A stretch of DNA of 64,000 nt from the human T2T-CHM13v2.0 reference genome, Homo sapiens, in the NCBI RefSeq assembly GCF_009914755.1, contig NC_060925.1; one strand, written 5' to 3'. Position numbers and translations under genes: made by a program. Below, one piece after another: positions 1 to 13,220 of the stretch. The stretch's first letter is position 1. Every line of letters begins with the position of its first letter. The notes below the pieces were generated by a model. That model was not told where the DNA came from. It worked only from the letters and a program-made list of their open reading frames with translations, and did no database searches.

Positions 1-229
1 AAAGAAAGAGGAGCCATGTCTGCACCTCTTGCAAGATCCTACTAGGCACCACTCAGAGACTCTTGGACTTTGAGCTGGACAGTAACTGAATGGAATCATT
101 GGGTTGTCTCTTTTCCAAAGGAAATGAAAGTACTCTGTATATAGGAAGAGAAGAGAATATTTGTCATCAGAAAGGCAAACTGATTGTATTGATGTTCACA
201 AAGCTCAGTTTCCCTCCCTGGAGGAGTAT

Positions 230-545
230 TGTCCTTCCCTGCCCCATTGCTATCGGGACTGGACAAGAGATTTACCCAGCTAATAAAACGTAAATGGAGA
301 TGAGGCATGTTACTTCTGGGTAGAAGCTATAGAGCCAGCTCGTAGCTGATCCTGTTCCCTTTTCCCTCAACTACAATATCAGCCACGTTCCAGTTAGAGA
401 TGTTCTATTATTCCGGATGTCAGAGCAAAGAAACTGTAGGGCAGAGCTGCAGCCAACCCACAGCAGACATGCCCTGTGAGTGTGAGACAAGCCTTTGTTC
501 TTGTGAGCCACTGAAATTTATGACTACGGTTTATTATGGCTTATT
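230..545 (+). mobile_element. Old MaLR LTR fragment (MLT1I/J-like)
   Basis: MLT1-like 3' portion: 'cagacatg..gtgagtgtgagacaagcctttgttcttgtgagccactgaaattt'. Confidence 0.55.
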
Positions 546-619
546 CTGAAGGACATACTCCCGAAATTTGTTTGGGTGGCATTGTTCCCAGTCCAAGGTA
601 GTTCACCATGATTGGTCTA

Positions 620-1410
620 TGCCAATGCTGGCAATCCCATTCTTCTTTGCCAGCTATTGGTCTAGAGTGGTCATGTGGCCCAGTTCTGGGCAACAAGCCA
701 AGGGTAAGTGTCTGCTGGGGACTTCTGGGAAGGATTTCTTCCATGATAAAAGAAAGAAAGAGCAATACAAAAGAAGCTCCTTTACCCTTCTGTCTTAGTC
801 TGCTCAGGCTGCCATGAGAAAAGATCACAGGCTAGGTGGTTTAAACAACACACCTTTATGTCTTCACAATTCTGGAGGCTGGAAGACCAAGATCAGGGTG
901 CCAGCAGGTTTGCCTTCTGGTGAGGCCTCTCTCTTTGGACTGCAGACAGCACCTCCTTGCTGTATCCTCACATGGCGTTTCCTCCATGCACACACAGAGC
1001 CAGCTCTAGTGTCTTCCTCTTTTTATAAGAACACTAGTGCTATTAGATAGGGCCCCATCTCAGTGACCTCACTTAATCTTAACCACCTTTTTAAAGGCCC
1101 TTTCTTCAAACACATTCACATTGAGGGTTAAGGCTTCAATATATGAATTGTGGGGAGGGAGAGACAATTCAGTCCATAGCACCTGCCCCTTTACTTTCTC
1201 CTTGAAATGTTGTCATTTGAAGATACAATGTATGGAGCTATTGCAACCAACAGGGTTCCATGAGGGGGAACTTTGCTGAGACACAGAGGACGGCCAAGTG
1301 GCAGAATGAAGAACATTGGTCTTTGATAACAATAAGGATCCACCAAACCAACCCTGGAGCTACCATCCTCCATCCTTCTTGTCATTTATAAAATTGTTTA
1401 AGTCACTTTT
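620..1410 (+). mobile_element. Old MaLR LTR (MLT1J/K-like) interrupted by MLT1A
   Basis: MLT1-like text 'ggtcatgtggcccagttctgg...cttctgggaaggatttc' stops at 790 and resumes after 1181 ('ggagctattgcaacc...aaccctggagctacc'). Confidence 0.55.
791..1181 (-). mobile_element. MLT1A/MLT1A0 solo LTR
   Basis: Runs 'tgtcttagtctgctcaggctgccat...ttcagtccatagca' with TG..CA termini; 5-bp TSD ccttc/cctgc. Confidence 0.85.
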
Positions 1411-1419
1411 TAATCATCT

Positions 1420-1835
1420 CCATTGGCAATATTAACACAATAATGTTATGTAACAACCAAACTCAAAATCTCAGTGTCTTACAACAACAAAAACATTCTC
1501 TAGTATGTGGGTCTGCAGGTTGGGAGGTCTCTACTGAGCCGAGCTGAGCACCTCTGCATCAGGCCACAGTCACCTGGGCAGGGCTCTAGGCTATGGTTTA
1601 GGCTTCAGGTGGTGCCACTTGCCTCCCAAATTCCTGGGACCAAGAGCTACCCACCCTGGGCTTGTTCTTATGACAAAGCAAGTCAATGGCCAAACAACCA
1701 TTTTAATGGGTTGGAAAAGTATACTCCACCTGCAGTGGGGAAGGTATTGCAAAGTTAAGTGACAAAAGGTGTGGCTGTATAATCCCATAACAGGGGAGTG
1801 AAGAATTGGCACCAGTAATTTAATCTACCATTTCA
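1420..1835 (-). mobile_element. Old MaLR LTR (MLT1-family)
   Basis: 'tgtaacaaccaaactcaaaatctcagtgtcttacaacaacaaaaacatt' through 'gaagaattgg..taatctacca'. Confidence 0.5.
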
Positions 1836-2139
1836 GCTATTATGTTAAGCAATAGACTTTAATTTCTTCATGATTCTGGAGGCTGGAAGTCCAAGATCAA
1901 GGTGCCAGCAGGGTTGCTATTACCGGGGAGTAAAGAATTGGCACCAGTAATTTAATCTACCACTTCAGCTATTATAGTACCTACAGTGGAGAGCATCATG
2001 ACTAGTTCACTATCATGTGTATGACTACTAGATGAAGCACCCTAAAGCAGAAAGGACACAGACCTTCTATTTACATAGAGCTCCTGGCTCTATTTACCCA
2101 GCTCCTGGCATTTCTAACTAAATGGCTTCAGTCCATTTA

Positions 2140-2255
2140 TCTACATTCTCTGAGCCTTGGTTTCCTCAGCTATAAAAGAAGTTTTACAAATCAAATGAGA
2201 AAGCATTAAAAGACAGCTCGCAGAGGCCCTGGTACACAGGAGGTAAACAATAAAT
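2140..2255 (+). mobile_element. MIR fragment
   Basis: MIR core 'ctctgagccttggtttcctcagctataaaa'. Confidence 0.6.
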
Positions 2256-2624
2256 CTGTTTGCCTTCCATTCTTTTATTAATGGAAGCACTCAAAGTACA
2301 CTTTATAGAAAAACATGGTTAGACTGACTGAGCAACTCCCTTTGTTTTCCCTCTATGTATTATTTGGAAAACCTGACTTGCTTACTTGGGCACTAGCCTC
2401 ACAGAACTATTAGCAGTCAGCTATGTCTGTAATTCTTTATTTGTCTTCCAAGTATGAATGACGGGTAATGATAAGCATAAGCCCCCTAAGGAAAAAAAAG
2501 CACTGCTTAAGTGCTAGCATTTACTGAAACAAGCCACAGAAATGGCTGTTATTCCCAATCTTCCATTAAAAATATAGTGACCAACCTTGTGCAACATAGC
2601 GATACCCTGTTTCAAATGGAAGTG

Positions 2625-3252
2625 AGATATATATATAAAAGATATATATATTTATATATATAAAAGATATATATATTTATATATATAAAAGATATATATT
2701 ATTTATATATATAAAGATATATATTTATATATATAAAAGATATATATTATTTATATATATAAAAGATATATATTTATATATATGATATATATTATTTATA
2801 TATATAAAAGATATATATTTATATATATGATATATATTATTTATATATAAAAGATATATATAAAAGATATATATTATTTATATATATAAAAGATATATAT
2901 ATAAAAGATATATATTATTTATATATATAAATGATATATATTATTTATATATAAAAGATATATATTATTTATATATAAAAGATATATATTATTTATATAT
3001 ATAAAAGATATACATATAAAAGATATATATTTATATATAAAAGATATATATATTTATATATAAAAGATACATATATTTATATATATAAAAGATATATATA
3101 TTTTTATATATAAAATATATATTATATATATAAAAGATATATATAAATATATATATCTTTTATATATAAAAGATATATATAAATATATATATCTTTTATA
3201 TATAAAAGATATATATATTTATATATATATAAAAGATATATATATATCTTTT
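2625..3252. repeat. AT-rich (TA)n/ATATAAAAG minisatellite with internal palindromes
   Basis: About 620 bp of 'atatataaaagatatatattt'-like units; inverted units ('atatctttt') near the 3' end. Confidence 0.95.
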
Positions 3253-4027
3253 TTGATTTCTTTAAATATGTTTCTCTCATAGCCCAGGTATAAATCTCCA
3301 CAAGCAATTGCTATAGCCATTACCAGATGTCTGGACACAGTCGTTCTGATCATTTATGGACTTTATTTCAGGTGGCAAGTGGCCTCAGAGTGTCTCCTGC
3401 TCTGGAAGTGTTTGAAATGCCTGCCACCAATCTCAGGGAGTGGAGTATTCTACTTGTGAAAGTCATTCTGCTCTGACCATCCTGATAGGCAGCCCCACAC
3501 ACTGAGGCGTTTTGTTTTGCAGAAGGAGAGCTGCTGTGAGCAGTCTTCTTTATGTGTGCATTGTTTGCAGTAAGAGTGAGTCAAGCCACCAGTGGGTGGA
3601 GGCCAGGCTCAAGAAATTTTCACATTGCCTAGAGGCTTGTGAAAGAAAGTAACACTCCCTGCTAAAGATTTCTTTCTTCATAGTTTTAGGGCAGGAAGGA
3701 ATTTTAGAGAAAGGCTAGGAACACGGAGGCCATTTCTAGAATTTTTGCTTTAGAGCCTAGCCTGTAGGTTAAATGTGTGTCAAGTGAAGATGAGAGTCTC
3801 AAAGAAGAGGCACATGAAAGAAGGTGGAAGCAGATGCATCCTAAAGCCATAGGCAGCTCATCTCCTCATGGTTGGAGGGAGGAAACCCCAGAGAACCCAC
3901 CTTGAATGTTTTTAGGAGTCTCCCTTTCCATCTCATCACTGTTTCTCTGTGCGGTTGACTTCCTTCTTACACATTGACTCCTCCACATGGTTGCTAGCAC
4001 CTTTATTTATCTATAATATGTATGTCC

Positions 4028-4770
4028 TCATTCATTCTTCAATTCAGTGAACACTTAGGGAGGGACTACTGTGTGCTAGGACTGTTCTAGGCAACAGGAT
4101 GCAAAAGTGAGCTCGTACTGTCTGATCTCAAAGATGGTAGGGAGAGGGGGAGGACAAAGAGGTGACGGCCACTGGAAGGAGTGGACCATGCTCTGGGTGT
4201 TCCAGAGAGGGCGCAGTGGATGCCACCTGGGCTCTGAAGTCAGGAGGATCTGGCCCACAGTAATAGGGATACTTTCTTAGAGAAGGAGGCATTTGAGCTG
4301 GGCTTTGAAGATGGGTGTGGTGAGATGCCATGGCCAGGGGCACAGCTGCCAGAAAATGTAGCACCTGTTTAGAGAACAGCAACTAGCTCTGGTTGGCAGG
4401 GCTATGGTATGACTAGGAAAGTGAAGGACGGAAAGTGAAGGATAGTATGACTAGGAAAGTGAAGGATGGAAAGCGAAGGACAGGTAAGATGGGCCCAGAA
4501 GCGCAAAGACCCTGGAGCTCAAGCTAGAGAATTGAGGAGAAGGTGGAGAAAAGGGAAGGTTTCTGATCAGAGGAAAGGTAGACTGCTCCAGCATCAGTTT
4601 GTAGGTTGAATACGGAGGAGGAAGATCACTTCAGATCCTATATTCCTTGCAAGAGCTCTTGGATGCCTGGATAAGAGTTAGTGGTTGTGGAAATAAAAAA
4701 AGGGGATGACACTTAGAGACATTTTCAAGGTGAATTTCCTAGAATGTGTCAATTGATGGAAGATGGCAAT
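4028..4770 (-). mobile_element. L2 LINE fragment
   Basis: Reverse-complement L2 3' end 'cattcattc..actactgtgtgctagg' followed by purine-rich L2 body. Confidence 0.6.
4407..4482 (+). repeat. 38-bp tandem duplication (2 copies)
   Basis: gtatgactaggaaagtgaaggacggaaagtgaaggata / gtatgactaggaaagtgaaggatggaaagcgaaggaca. Confidence 0.9.
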
Positions 4771-5695
4771 GACACTCACACCGGTTCTCAAATCAGCCGA
4801 CAGGAGGCACTAACTGGAATGGCAGAGCCAGGAAGGGATGGTGTCCTGCGGCAGAGGCCATTAAGATTTTGGTTCAGGATAATGTGTGTGGTTTTAGCAC
4901 AGTGTCTTATACACAGTAGGTGTTCAATAAACATTTGCTGAATGAGTGGACAGATGGATAAAATTGTGTTTTAAATACATATACAATTAATGCATGAAGA
5001 AAACCATACAATACAGCCAATCTTTTTAGTAAGCAAAAGAATGCAAAACACAATAACCATATTCCATTTTTTGGACAAATAACACAATTAGAATTACAGT
5101 GCTAGCCAGGATGCTATGGAAGACAGTTTCATCCACAGCTGATGGGAATGTAAATTTGGAAGGGTTTTTAGCCAGATAGATCTTATACCCTCAGACACAA
5201 TAATTCACTTCTAGCAACTGGTCTTGAGAAAATAATACAAACTACAGAAAAATCTTTTGCTATAAAATGACAAAAATTTTAAACACTCCAAATAGGATGT
5301 CAAGTAAGTCTGTTAAGGTGGATCCACATTATGGAATTGTGTAGCCCCATAAAACAAAATTTTAAAAGATGAGAAGACTCTTATTTTTGTAATTATGTGA
5401 AAAATCTAGTATAAGCTTTATTAAGTTCATAGTGGCTATCTCTAGACGGTGAGATTTTAGAACATTGTTATAGGAAATGGGAAACAGAAAAGTTTAAGAT
5501 GAGAAATAAGGTAAACATTTGTTTTATAATCAGAGGAAAGAAATCCATTGGATTTTCTTGTAAGAGAGTGAATTTAATTTTTAATTATTTAATTAAAAAA
5601 ATAAAATTTTAATTTAGTTTTCTTGTAAGAGAGTGAATTAATTTAATCTAGCTCCTGATCTGTGTTCATGTGGACTTGTTTGACTTTGCTGGTGA

Positions 5696-6013
<318 letters not shown>

Positions 6014-6481
6014 TTGTCCTCTGTGCTTTCTGAAGACTCCGTGCTGAAGAGCCAGCAGCACAGTGGCCACATCGTGTGACCCATGCTCCCTCTGCTGACT
6101 CCAGCCAGCAGTGACGATCCAGTCCCAAGCTGCTGGGTACCACATTCCAGGCCAACAGGAAGAGCTTCCCCAGGACAGCGGCCTCAGAGCTCAGGCCTGG
6201 AGAAAGCTGAGAATTATGCTAAGGAAAGAAAAGAAGACTTTTTTAAAAATAGGAGAAACAATGAGATGGGGCTTTCAGAACACAGCAAGATGTTTAGGGT
6301 GAGGTTGGCCTTGTCCTTCTGTATCCTGTGTAGTCCCCATCAGGATCCTGGGGGAGACAAGCGCCTGAGAATAGCTCATCCTCCGAGTGGAGCAGCCTGA
6401 GATAAATGCAGGCCATGCTTTCGGCAGAACCTCAGATCTTTCTCATCCTTGCCATGGCTGTGCTGGTTAATTCAGTGCTTA

Positions 6482-6792
6482 GACCAGGTGCAGTGGCTCA
6501 TGCCTGTAAACCCAGCACTTTGGGAGGCAGTGGCAGGAGGATCACTTGAGCCCAGGAGTTCAAGACTAGCCTGGGCAGTGAGACTTCGTCTTTACAAAAA
6601 AATAAAAATAAAAAAGAAAATAAAGGAGCCAGGCATGGTGGTGCATGCCTGTGACCCCAGCTGCTCAGGAGGCTGAGGTAGGAGGATTCCTTGAGCCTGG
6701 GAGTAGTTCGAGGCTGCAGTGAGCCAGGATCACACCACTGCACTCCAGCATGGGTGATGGAATGAGAACCTGTCACAAACAAAACAAAAAAA
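6482..6792 (+). mobile_element. AluJ
   Basis: Full dimer with J diagnostics ('ggaggatcacttgagcccagg'); TSD-like 'cagtgctta/ctgtgctta'. Confidence 0.93.
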
Positions 6793-6915
6793 TCTGTGCT
6801 TAGACACATACTTTCCCTATAACAATGCACAGAACACCTTGCTGTCCTTTTCTCTCATGTGACTCATATCAGAGTTTATCTTCTACCCCGTATTTCCAAA
6901 AGTAATCCCAAATAG

Positions 6916-7300
<385 letters not shown>

Positions 7301-7348
7301 TATAATTCACATTCTTAATGACCGGTTTCAGAAATAACTTTTACTTGA

Positions 7349-7530
7349 GGCTGGGCATGGTGGCATATGCCTGTAGTCCCAGCTACTCAGGAGGCTGAGG
7401 TGAAAAGATCGCTCAAGCCCAGTAGTTTGAGACCAATGAGCCCAGGAGTTCGAGACCAGCCTGGGCAAAAGAGCAAAACCTCATCCCCATTTTAAAAAAA
7501 GAAGAAGAAAAAGAAAAGAAAGAAAAGAAA
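7349..7530 (+). mobile_element. FLAM/Alu monomer with internal duplication
   Basis: Single Alu arm; 'agcccag..gtt.gagacca' occurs twice; flanking repeat agaaataact. Confidence 0.8.
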
Positions 7531-7976
7531 TAACTATTAATATATGTGCTGTGCTTAAAGTTTCTGACATAATCAAAGCACTCTTATGAGCCCCTGATAA
7601 TTTCCACATTTGTCCTCTCCGTCCAACCACAGACTAAATTGCCATAATCATCAAAGTAAGCCCTTGGCCTTAGACCTGGGACATAAAAGAATCAGGATGG
7701 AGCCAGGAGAAACCTGGCAGTTGTCTGGAGATCCCTTAAGCATTTGTTTTTTGTTTGCATTCCAGGAAAACTGTTTCATAAAGTAAGCTCTGAACATACT
7801 CACTACAGGCTAATACTTATTTTCTCTTGATTTATGAGAAATTTAAAGAAGCTAGAGGAGGAAGAAGCTGCTAAATGTAAATGTAATGTTGGAAGGTATA
7901 ATTGGGATTTAAGATATTAAATTGTTTAATTATAGGCTGCCCTAAAATGAAGTCTTTCTTGTGTTCATAGACTTTA

Positions 7977-8598
<622 letters not shown>

Positions 8599-9197
8599 CA
8601 TGCCATTAATAGATTTCTGCTGTTCTTTGGAAATTTATATCATGGTATTTATTGCTGATGAGAAGATAATGAGTTTTTGCTTAAGTTTGGGAAAGGAAAA
8701 CAAATTTGAAAAATGTGCACTGAAATTGTTATGAAAAGCTCCTAATTCTTGAGTTTTTGTTGTTATTGCTGTTTTTAAAAGATTGCTTGTTTGGTCCTTC
8801 AAATGTGAGTAAAGGAAAGAAGATAAAACTACATTTCCAATATGGCTGATTTGTTTTTAATTATAAACTGACATATTTATGAAAGGTTCTATTTTAACGG
8901 AGTACTATTAGTTTGAAGGGAGAATTGCAGAATACCGTGAGATAGTTAAGGGATTTGTGAATCAAGACTAATCTGTTTTTGCTATTCTCCACTTGTGTTC
9001 ATGTACACTTAACTTTGAAAAGAATGTCTTTGTTTGCTGAGAATTGAGATTTAATTCTTTTAATGTGTTTTTAAGAGTAATTTTAGCTCAGAAGAAGAAA
9101 TTTTAAACCTAGGAAAATTTTAGGTTGGAATGAGGAGGGATTTCCCTTTCTTGGACATTTGGGGAAGAGTTGGAAAGAGGCGTTTTTCATTGTGCAG

Positions 9198-9213
9198 ACA
9201 CAAGATGGCGCTA
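9198..9213 (+). promoter_or_regulatory. CTCF-like / YY1-like motif
   Basis: ACACAAGATGGCGCTA compared with CTCF core CCACNAGRTGGCGCTA; contains YY1 core AAGATGGCG. Confidence 0.4.
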
Positions 9214-9274
9214 AAGGAGTATAATTTAAGCATGGCTTCCTTTATTTCAAAACAGTATTTGGAAACGGGTCATC

Positions 9275-9310
9275 TTGAGATGCGGCGTGCATTTGAGATG
9301 CGGCGTGCAT
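9275..9310 (+). repeat. Perfect 18-bp tandem duplication
   Basis: ttgagatgcggcgtgcat x2. Confidence 0.95.
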
Positions 9311-10223
9311 TTTGCCACATGTTGGTGGGTTTTTTGTTTGTTTGTTGTGGCTGTCATTGTTTATAAAGAGACAGCTTTAAAGGGGACCGGGTATTGAGTT
9401 GATATTAAAATATGGTAGAAAGGTATCCATATGGTCTATAAAATAAAACGGGTCAATATGATGAGGTCTTCTGGCTCTGCCTCTAGTGTTTTGGGTTTCT
9501 GTTCCTCCAAGGAAGCGCATTCATCTTGCCTGTACTTGCTTGTGGCTGCCAAAGTGTTCAGGTAGGTTTCTGCCCCAGTAAGGAAGTGTCTAAGAATCTC
9601 CTGGAAGAAGCTGGATGTGCAAGCTTTCTCTGCCTTTTGAGGGACCTCATAATTCACTTTCCAAGTACTCATCGACACCTTTTACTCTTTAATATTGCTG
9701 CCCCTTTTACTCCTGGCTGCCCACACATCTGCCTATGCGTGGACTTGTGGTGCTTTGGAATCTGTGGTTTTAATTTGTGTCCTTTGTCCTCTGGTCCTTC
9801 CCTTGTATGCACTTACATAATGGGCTGCTCTGAGGACCAATGCTTTGCCAACCCAAAGCATTTCCCCAGGAACATTCCACTGCCTTGTCTACCCTCAGCT
9901 TCCCTTTTGGCCTCTTCTCTGGGCTTAGGACCACCCACTCTTGGAATCCAAATGCTTAGGAATAAAGTAAACCTAAGATCTACTCACTATCCCCACTTAA
10001 CATGTTCAACTTTTTATTTTGAAATAATTTCAGACTTAGAGAAAAGTTGCAAAAATAGTAAAAGAATTTCCATATCCACTTGGATTCTCAAATGTTAACA
10101 TTTGCTTTATTCTGTCTTCTGAACCATTTGAGAACAAGCCATGGGTATAATGCTCCTTTTCCTTCACCTCGAAATATCTCAGTGTGTATTTTATAAAATC
10201 AAGGGCATTTTATTACATAACCA

Positions 10224-10655
10224 TTGTAAACCAAAAAGTATCTGAGACTTATCTCAATCAGTTTTGAGGTTAATTTTGCCAGGGTTGAAGATGCACCTGG
10301 GAAAAAGCAACAGAAACCCGCAGGAACAATCTGTGATCCGAGCTTTTGACAAAAAGGGTCTGGGAACGTCAATAATTAAGGGGAAAGGGTGAGCAGTAGG
10401 GGAAAGAGGAAGAAAGAAAAGGGGGAGATGGTAGATAAAAGGGGCAAGCAGTTGCATTCTTTCAAGTCTTTGATCAGCGTTCACCAAATCCACATTTCAT
10501 ATGTGAAAGGAGGGCATAAAGGAATAGTCAATTATGTATTTGTCTCATGCTTAGTAAATCTGCACTTTACATAAAGTCAATATAAAGTAGCTACCTGTGG
10601 AGACATCTGGCCTCGGTCTGTAGCTATCTGCTTAGGAGCAAAAGGGAAAGCAATT
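10224..10655 (-). mobile_element. MER4-group ERV1 LTR fragment
   Basis: Begins 'tgtaaaccaaaaagtatctgagac..tctcaatc..ttttgccagggtt'. Confidence 0.7.
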
Positions 10656-10656
10656 C

Positions 10657-10829
10657 CTTCCAAAAGATTTATGAGCTCTGTGTCAGGAACTGGGGTCAAA
10701 GAGACCAAATATTAGAACAAAAGATGCACCTATGGCCCTTACAGCTCAGGAAATTCAAGGGCTTTAGAAGCTGTGTGCCAAGACTCAGTCAGGGGAAAAG
10801 ACCAAATAAATATTTCTTATTAAGTCACA
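10657..10829 (-). mobile_element. MER21C-like LTR fragment
   Basis: 'aggaaattcaagggctttagaagctgtgtgcca..aagaccaaataaatatttcttatt..tcaca'. Confidence 0.7.
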
Positions 10830-10896
10830 AGACCACAGGGCTATGTTATTATCATTATTTATTTTGGTGCTCACATTGTCCCAAATTTAGCAGTAG

Positions 10897-11239
<343 letters not shown>

Positions 11240-11704
11240 TAGAGCCCCTTTTAAGCTGGGGGTTTTGTTCTTTTTACATATTCCCATCATTCTTTGAGCA
11301 ATGATTTACTTTCCAGTGCAACAAGATGTCCAGGCTTATTTTGTACTATCTCAGCCCCAGCCCTGGAATCAGCCAAGTCTCCAAGGAGCAATGGTTTATC
11401 TTATGGAGGATGGTCTTTAAAAACAGAGATCTAGTGACTAATGGAATTACTCCAAGGTAGATTGCCTTCTTATTACCTGTCTTTATTCTTGTCACCAAAA
11501 GCAAACCAAATTCAGTAAGAGAAAGTTAATATTTTTACCTTAGAGCATCTATGTAACCCAAGCTGTAGAATTTCTGGTGCTTCAAAAAGCGAGGACTAAG
11601 TATCCCTTTGTTGGGCCTACCCCTGCTGACACTAAGCATGACTCTTAGCTCTGAGTGCTATATTCAGATGTTGACCCCAAACAGCTCTGGTTTGAAGGGT
11701 TTCA

Positions 11705-12497
<793 letters not shown>

Positions 12498-12820
12498 CTA
12501 GTTAACACTGTGCTTTGTTTTATTTTTAAAAATCTAGACTTCGGAAGACAAAATAATAGCAATTCCAAGATACTGCTTCCTGTGTCATTTTGCAAAAACT
12601 TGAATACACTGTGGATGCTAAGTAACCGAATAGCATCCTGACTTCACGTTACCCTGATCTGTTGTTGTTGTAATGCACTTTTATCCCACCTTTCCACAGA
12701 CATCAGGCAGGGACTGGAAACAAGCATTTTGTATGAAGAGTTTGTATCGTCGGATTTCCATCTCCATTGACACACAACCCCCATCCCTAACTTTTTACCT
12801 TTTAATGATCCTTTCAAATT

Positions 12821-13049
12821 CAGGGGTCAGCAAACTTTGGCTGGAAGTTCAACTTTGCCCCAAGGCCTGTTTGCATATCGCTGGCGGGCTATGAATGGGT
12901 TTTACAGTTTTAGAGGGTTGTAGAAGAAAGAGGAGGAGAGAGAGGAGAGGAAAAGGAGGAAGAGGGAAGAGTGACAGTGACCAGATATGGCTTACAAAGG
13001 CTCCAGCATTTACTCTCTGACCCTTTATAGAAAATGTTGGCCAATCCTG
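12821..13049 (+). mobile_element. MER58C-like hAT-Charlie MITE
   Basis: 'caggggtcagcaaact' ... 'ccctttatagaaaatgttggccaatcctg'. Confidence 0.75.
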
Positions 13050-13094
13050 GCTCTATGTGTTTCATTTAGCCATGGTGTCAGGTAAGCAGCAGCA

Positions 13095-13220
13095 AAATTC
13101 TTATTTCCCTTTTTAAAATGAGGAAACTGAGGCTCAGGGAGGTGAAATGACCTGTACAAGGTCACACGCTGATATTCAGAAGAACTAGAACTAGAACCAA
13201 CTCTTCTGATTCAAAAAGGT
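13095..13220 (-). mobile_element. MIR
   Basis: 'atgaggaaactgaggctcagggaggtgaaatgacctgtacaaggtcacac'. Confidence 0.8.

Noticed and set aside
2625-3252. CRISPR-like or regularly spaced array
   Set aside because: Low-complexity TA units with no unique spacers, in a eukaryotic context.
9526-10098. 190-aa ORF
   Set aside because: Starts at TTG, has no recognisable domain and runs into an L1MC relic; consistent with a chance ORF.
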